From a virus (taxonomy: Duplodnaviria > Caudoviricetes), in IMG/VR virus record IMGVR_UViG_3300027956_000024, positions 1-36,771 of that record: a stretch of DNA of 36,771 nucleotides; one strand, 5' to 3'. Position 1 is the stretch's first letter; every line of letters begins with the position of its first letter. The notes below the pieces were generated by a model. That model ran no database searches, was not told where the DNA came from, and worked only from the letters and a program-made list of their open reading frames with translations. A program made the position numbers and the translations under genes. Positions 34,939 to 36,771 of the stretch are shown piece by piece.

Positions 34939-36771
34939 CTACCCGAGGTGCCGGAGGCTACACGCTTTGCCTCCGCACTCGCCGTCCGCAATCGAGTTGC
35001 TACGCTCGTTGTCAAGGCGCTCGTACTCCGCCCAGTCGATGTTCTCGACAGCCGTCAGGAACCGCACCTGACGCTCGCGGAAGGTCTTCTCATCCACCTC
35101 CTCACGCGGGGCGCGGAAGTACACGTCGGGGGAGTAGGGCAAGAAGGTCAGACCCTTCCAGACGCCGGCCTTCCAGCCGTCGACAACCTCCTCGATCAGA
35201 TCCGGCACCTCATGCGGCTCGTAGGTGACGGTGATCGAGATCGCCTGCGCCTTCGGGCCGGCAACCCAGGTCCGCGCGAGCTTGCGGTAGCGCGCCATCT
35301 GGTCCAGGGCGGACTCGTGCTCACGCAAGAGCGACCCTTCGGGCGCCTCCAGCGGAACCTCGAAGAGGAAGGTCTGGGCCGTGCTCTCGTCCTCGAAGAA
35401 CTTGTACGGGGCGTCGGGTTGCTGCCGACCGTTGACGGCATCCTTGTGATCCGCGTACATGTCGAACAGCGACCCGTCGTATACGCACGCGCCGTCCTTG
35501 AAGACCTGCACGCGCTTCGCGGACCCTGGCTTGGCGACGAGCAGCGCCGGGGCGCTCGCCTGCACGGCCAGGAACAACGGGTGATCCGTGCTGATCTCCA
35601 TGCGCTGGATCGACCAGCGGCTGTGCCGCGCGTGGGCGCCGCTGGAGCAGCCGGCGAAGGCGGCCGAGTTCCCACCCGGCTTGATCAAGAAGGCGCGCTT
35701 CGCGGGGTTGATCCCGATGCGGCGGGCGATCCACTCGTTGTACCGCTCCATCTCCTCCCGGAGCTCGACGAGGCGGCCCTCGTCCTCGAACAAGTGCGGG
35801 GCGTCGGTCTGCCCCGTCAGGTCCACGCCAATCTGCGCCTGCTCGATGGCGAGCTTGCGCCAGCCGGGCGGAAGGATCGAGAACTCCACCATGCTGGCCT
35901 GCAGGGTGCCGAGGAGCGTGGCCGCGCGGACCTTGACCGCGAAGGTCTCCCAGGTGTCCGTGGCCCGAGCAACGCCGGCCGACAGGTTGCAGAACTGGCC
36001 CGCGCCCCCGTCGTCGTAGACCTTCTTGTAGCCGTCGATGAAGAAGCGCGAGTTGTTCGCCGGGGTCCAGTCGTTGCAGACCTCACCGCAGGCGTTCGGC
36101 CGCAGATGCTCCTCCGTGATCCCGTTCGTACACCACAGGCCCCGCTCGCCGTTCAGCGACCAGAAGGTGTGCTCAAGTTCATTCCGAAGGTCGTGCTCCG
36201 AGGTTCGACCGGGCGCGTGGGCGGCGGCGGAGTTGTTGCTCACGTGGCCGGCGCGGGGCGTGGGCCGGCGAGCGCCGCCTGGGTACTGCCAGTCCTTGTA
36301 GTCCCGCATCCCGCGGTCCCGCAGGTCGCCCGTATCGATCGCCGCCATCCGTCGGACGCCGCCGCAGACGATGGCCTCCCCGACCAGCGTGTAGAGGTAG
36401 TGGACCTCGGTCGACCGGAGCTTGCGCCCGCGGGCGCCGCCGCAGACGGCGTAGATGGCATTGATCAACTCGCGCAGGGGGTCAGGGCCGGAACTGTAGC
36501 CACCGCGCCGGCGGAGTGGCTCGCCCTTCGCGCGCAGGGCGCTGTAGTCGAAGAACTCCTTGCGGTCGTGACCGGACCACGCCAGCCAGGTTGCGACCTG
36601 CACAGCCCGGCCCCAGCCCTCGAGGCTGTCCTCCACGACGAAGGTGTCCTGGCGGCGCATGTTCTCCGGGTACTCGATGTAGACCTTGGCCTCCAGGGCG
36701 GAGGGGCGTGAGGCCACGCGCTTCACGGCCGGCATGTTGCTCAGGACGGGGGTGCGCTTGCCGTGCCGTCG
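34939..36771 (-). CDS. nrdJ: Class II adenosylcobalamin-dependent ribonucleotide reductase (monomeric RTPR type), 5' end outside window
   Basis: DSLEGW, FDYSALR-x-KG...GG-x-SSGP-x-PL, GGVRRMAAI, SNNS, NACGE (thiyl Cys), FCNLS, KPGGN, and C-terminal CGGKAC redox pair. The frame is open to the window edge. Confidence 0.92.
   Translation of the reverse strand, partial: RRHGKRTPVLSNMPAVKRVASRPSALEAKVYIEYPENMRRQDTFVVEDSLEGWGRAVQVATWLAWSGHDRKEFFDYSALRAKGEPLRRRGGYSSGPDPLRELINAIYAVCGGARGRKLRSTEVHYLYTLVGEAIVCGGVRRMAAIDTGDLRDRGMRDYKDWQYPGGARRPTPRAGHVSNNSAAAHAPGRTSEHDLRNELEHTFWSLNGERGLWCTNGITEEHLRPNACGEVCNDWTPANNSRFFIDGYKKVYDDGGAGQFCNLSAGVARATDTWETFAVKVRAATLLGTLQASMVEFSILPPGWRKLAIEQAQIGVDLTGQTDAPHLFEDEGRLVELREEMERYNEWIARRIGINPAKRAFLIKPGGNSAAFAGCSSGAHARHSRWSIQRMEISTDHPLFLAVQASAPALLVAKPGSAKRVQVFKDGACVYDGSLFDMYADHKDAVNGRQQPDAPYKFFEDESTAQTFLFEVPLEAPEGSLLREHESALDQMARYRKLARTWVAGPKAQAISITVTYEPHEVPDLIEEVVDGWKAGVWKGLTFLPYSPDVYFRAPREEVDEKTFRERQVRFLTAVENIDWAEYERLDNERSNSIADGECGGKACSLRHLG

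Noticed and set aside
1-36771. tRNA/rRNA genes, introns, inteins, integrase
   Set aside because: None recognised; TerL and NrdJ motifs are contiguous without intein-sized insertions.

Overview
GC-rich segment of a tailed dsDNA phage or prophage with podovirus-like architecture. Bases ~100-640 are a non-coding, mirror-symmetric element: 14 TGGCCA boxes, a 64-bp inverted repeat and an AT-rich palindromic centre. It is a candidate origin, packaging site or telomere site. The + strand late region follows: hypothetical gene, putative TerS, TerL, portal, four small genes (two sharing a paralogous domain, one FmdB-like Zn ribbon), scaffold, major capsid, cement, adaptor, nozzle, three small tail proteins, three putative ejection proteins (the last ~2840 aa), capsid/fibre proteins with Ig-like repeats, small accessory genes and an M15 L-Ala-D-Glu peptidase endolysin. 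The - strand carries a truncated class II (B12-dependent) ribonucleotide reductase, two hypothetical genes and a small membrane-protein cassette. The most notable observations are the symmetric TGGCCA element, an apparent programmed -1 frameshift (C CCA AAC plus a downstream hairpin) in the membrane cassette, and a possible anti-defence gene pair before the endolysin. All product calls come from motifs and gene order read by eye; no database searches were run.
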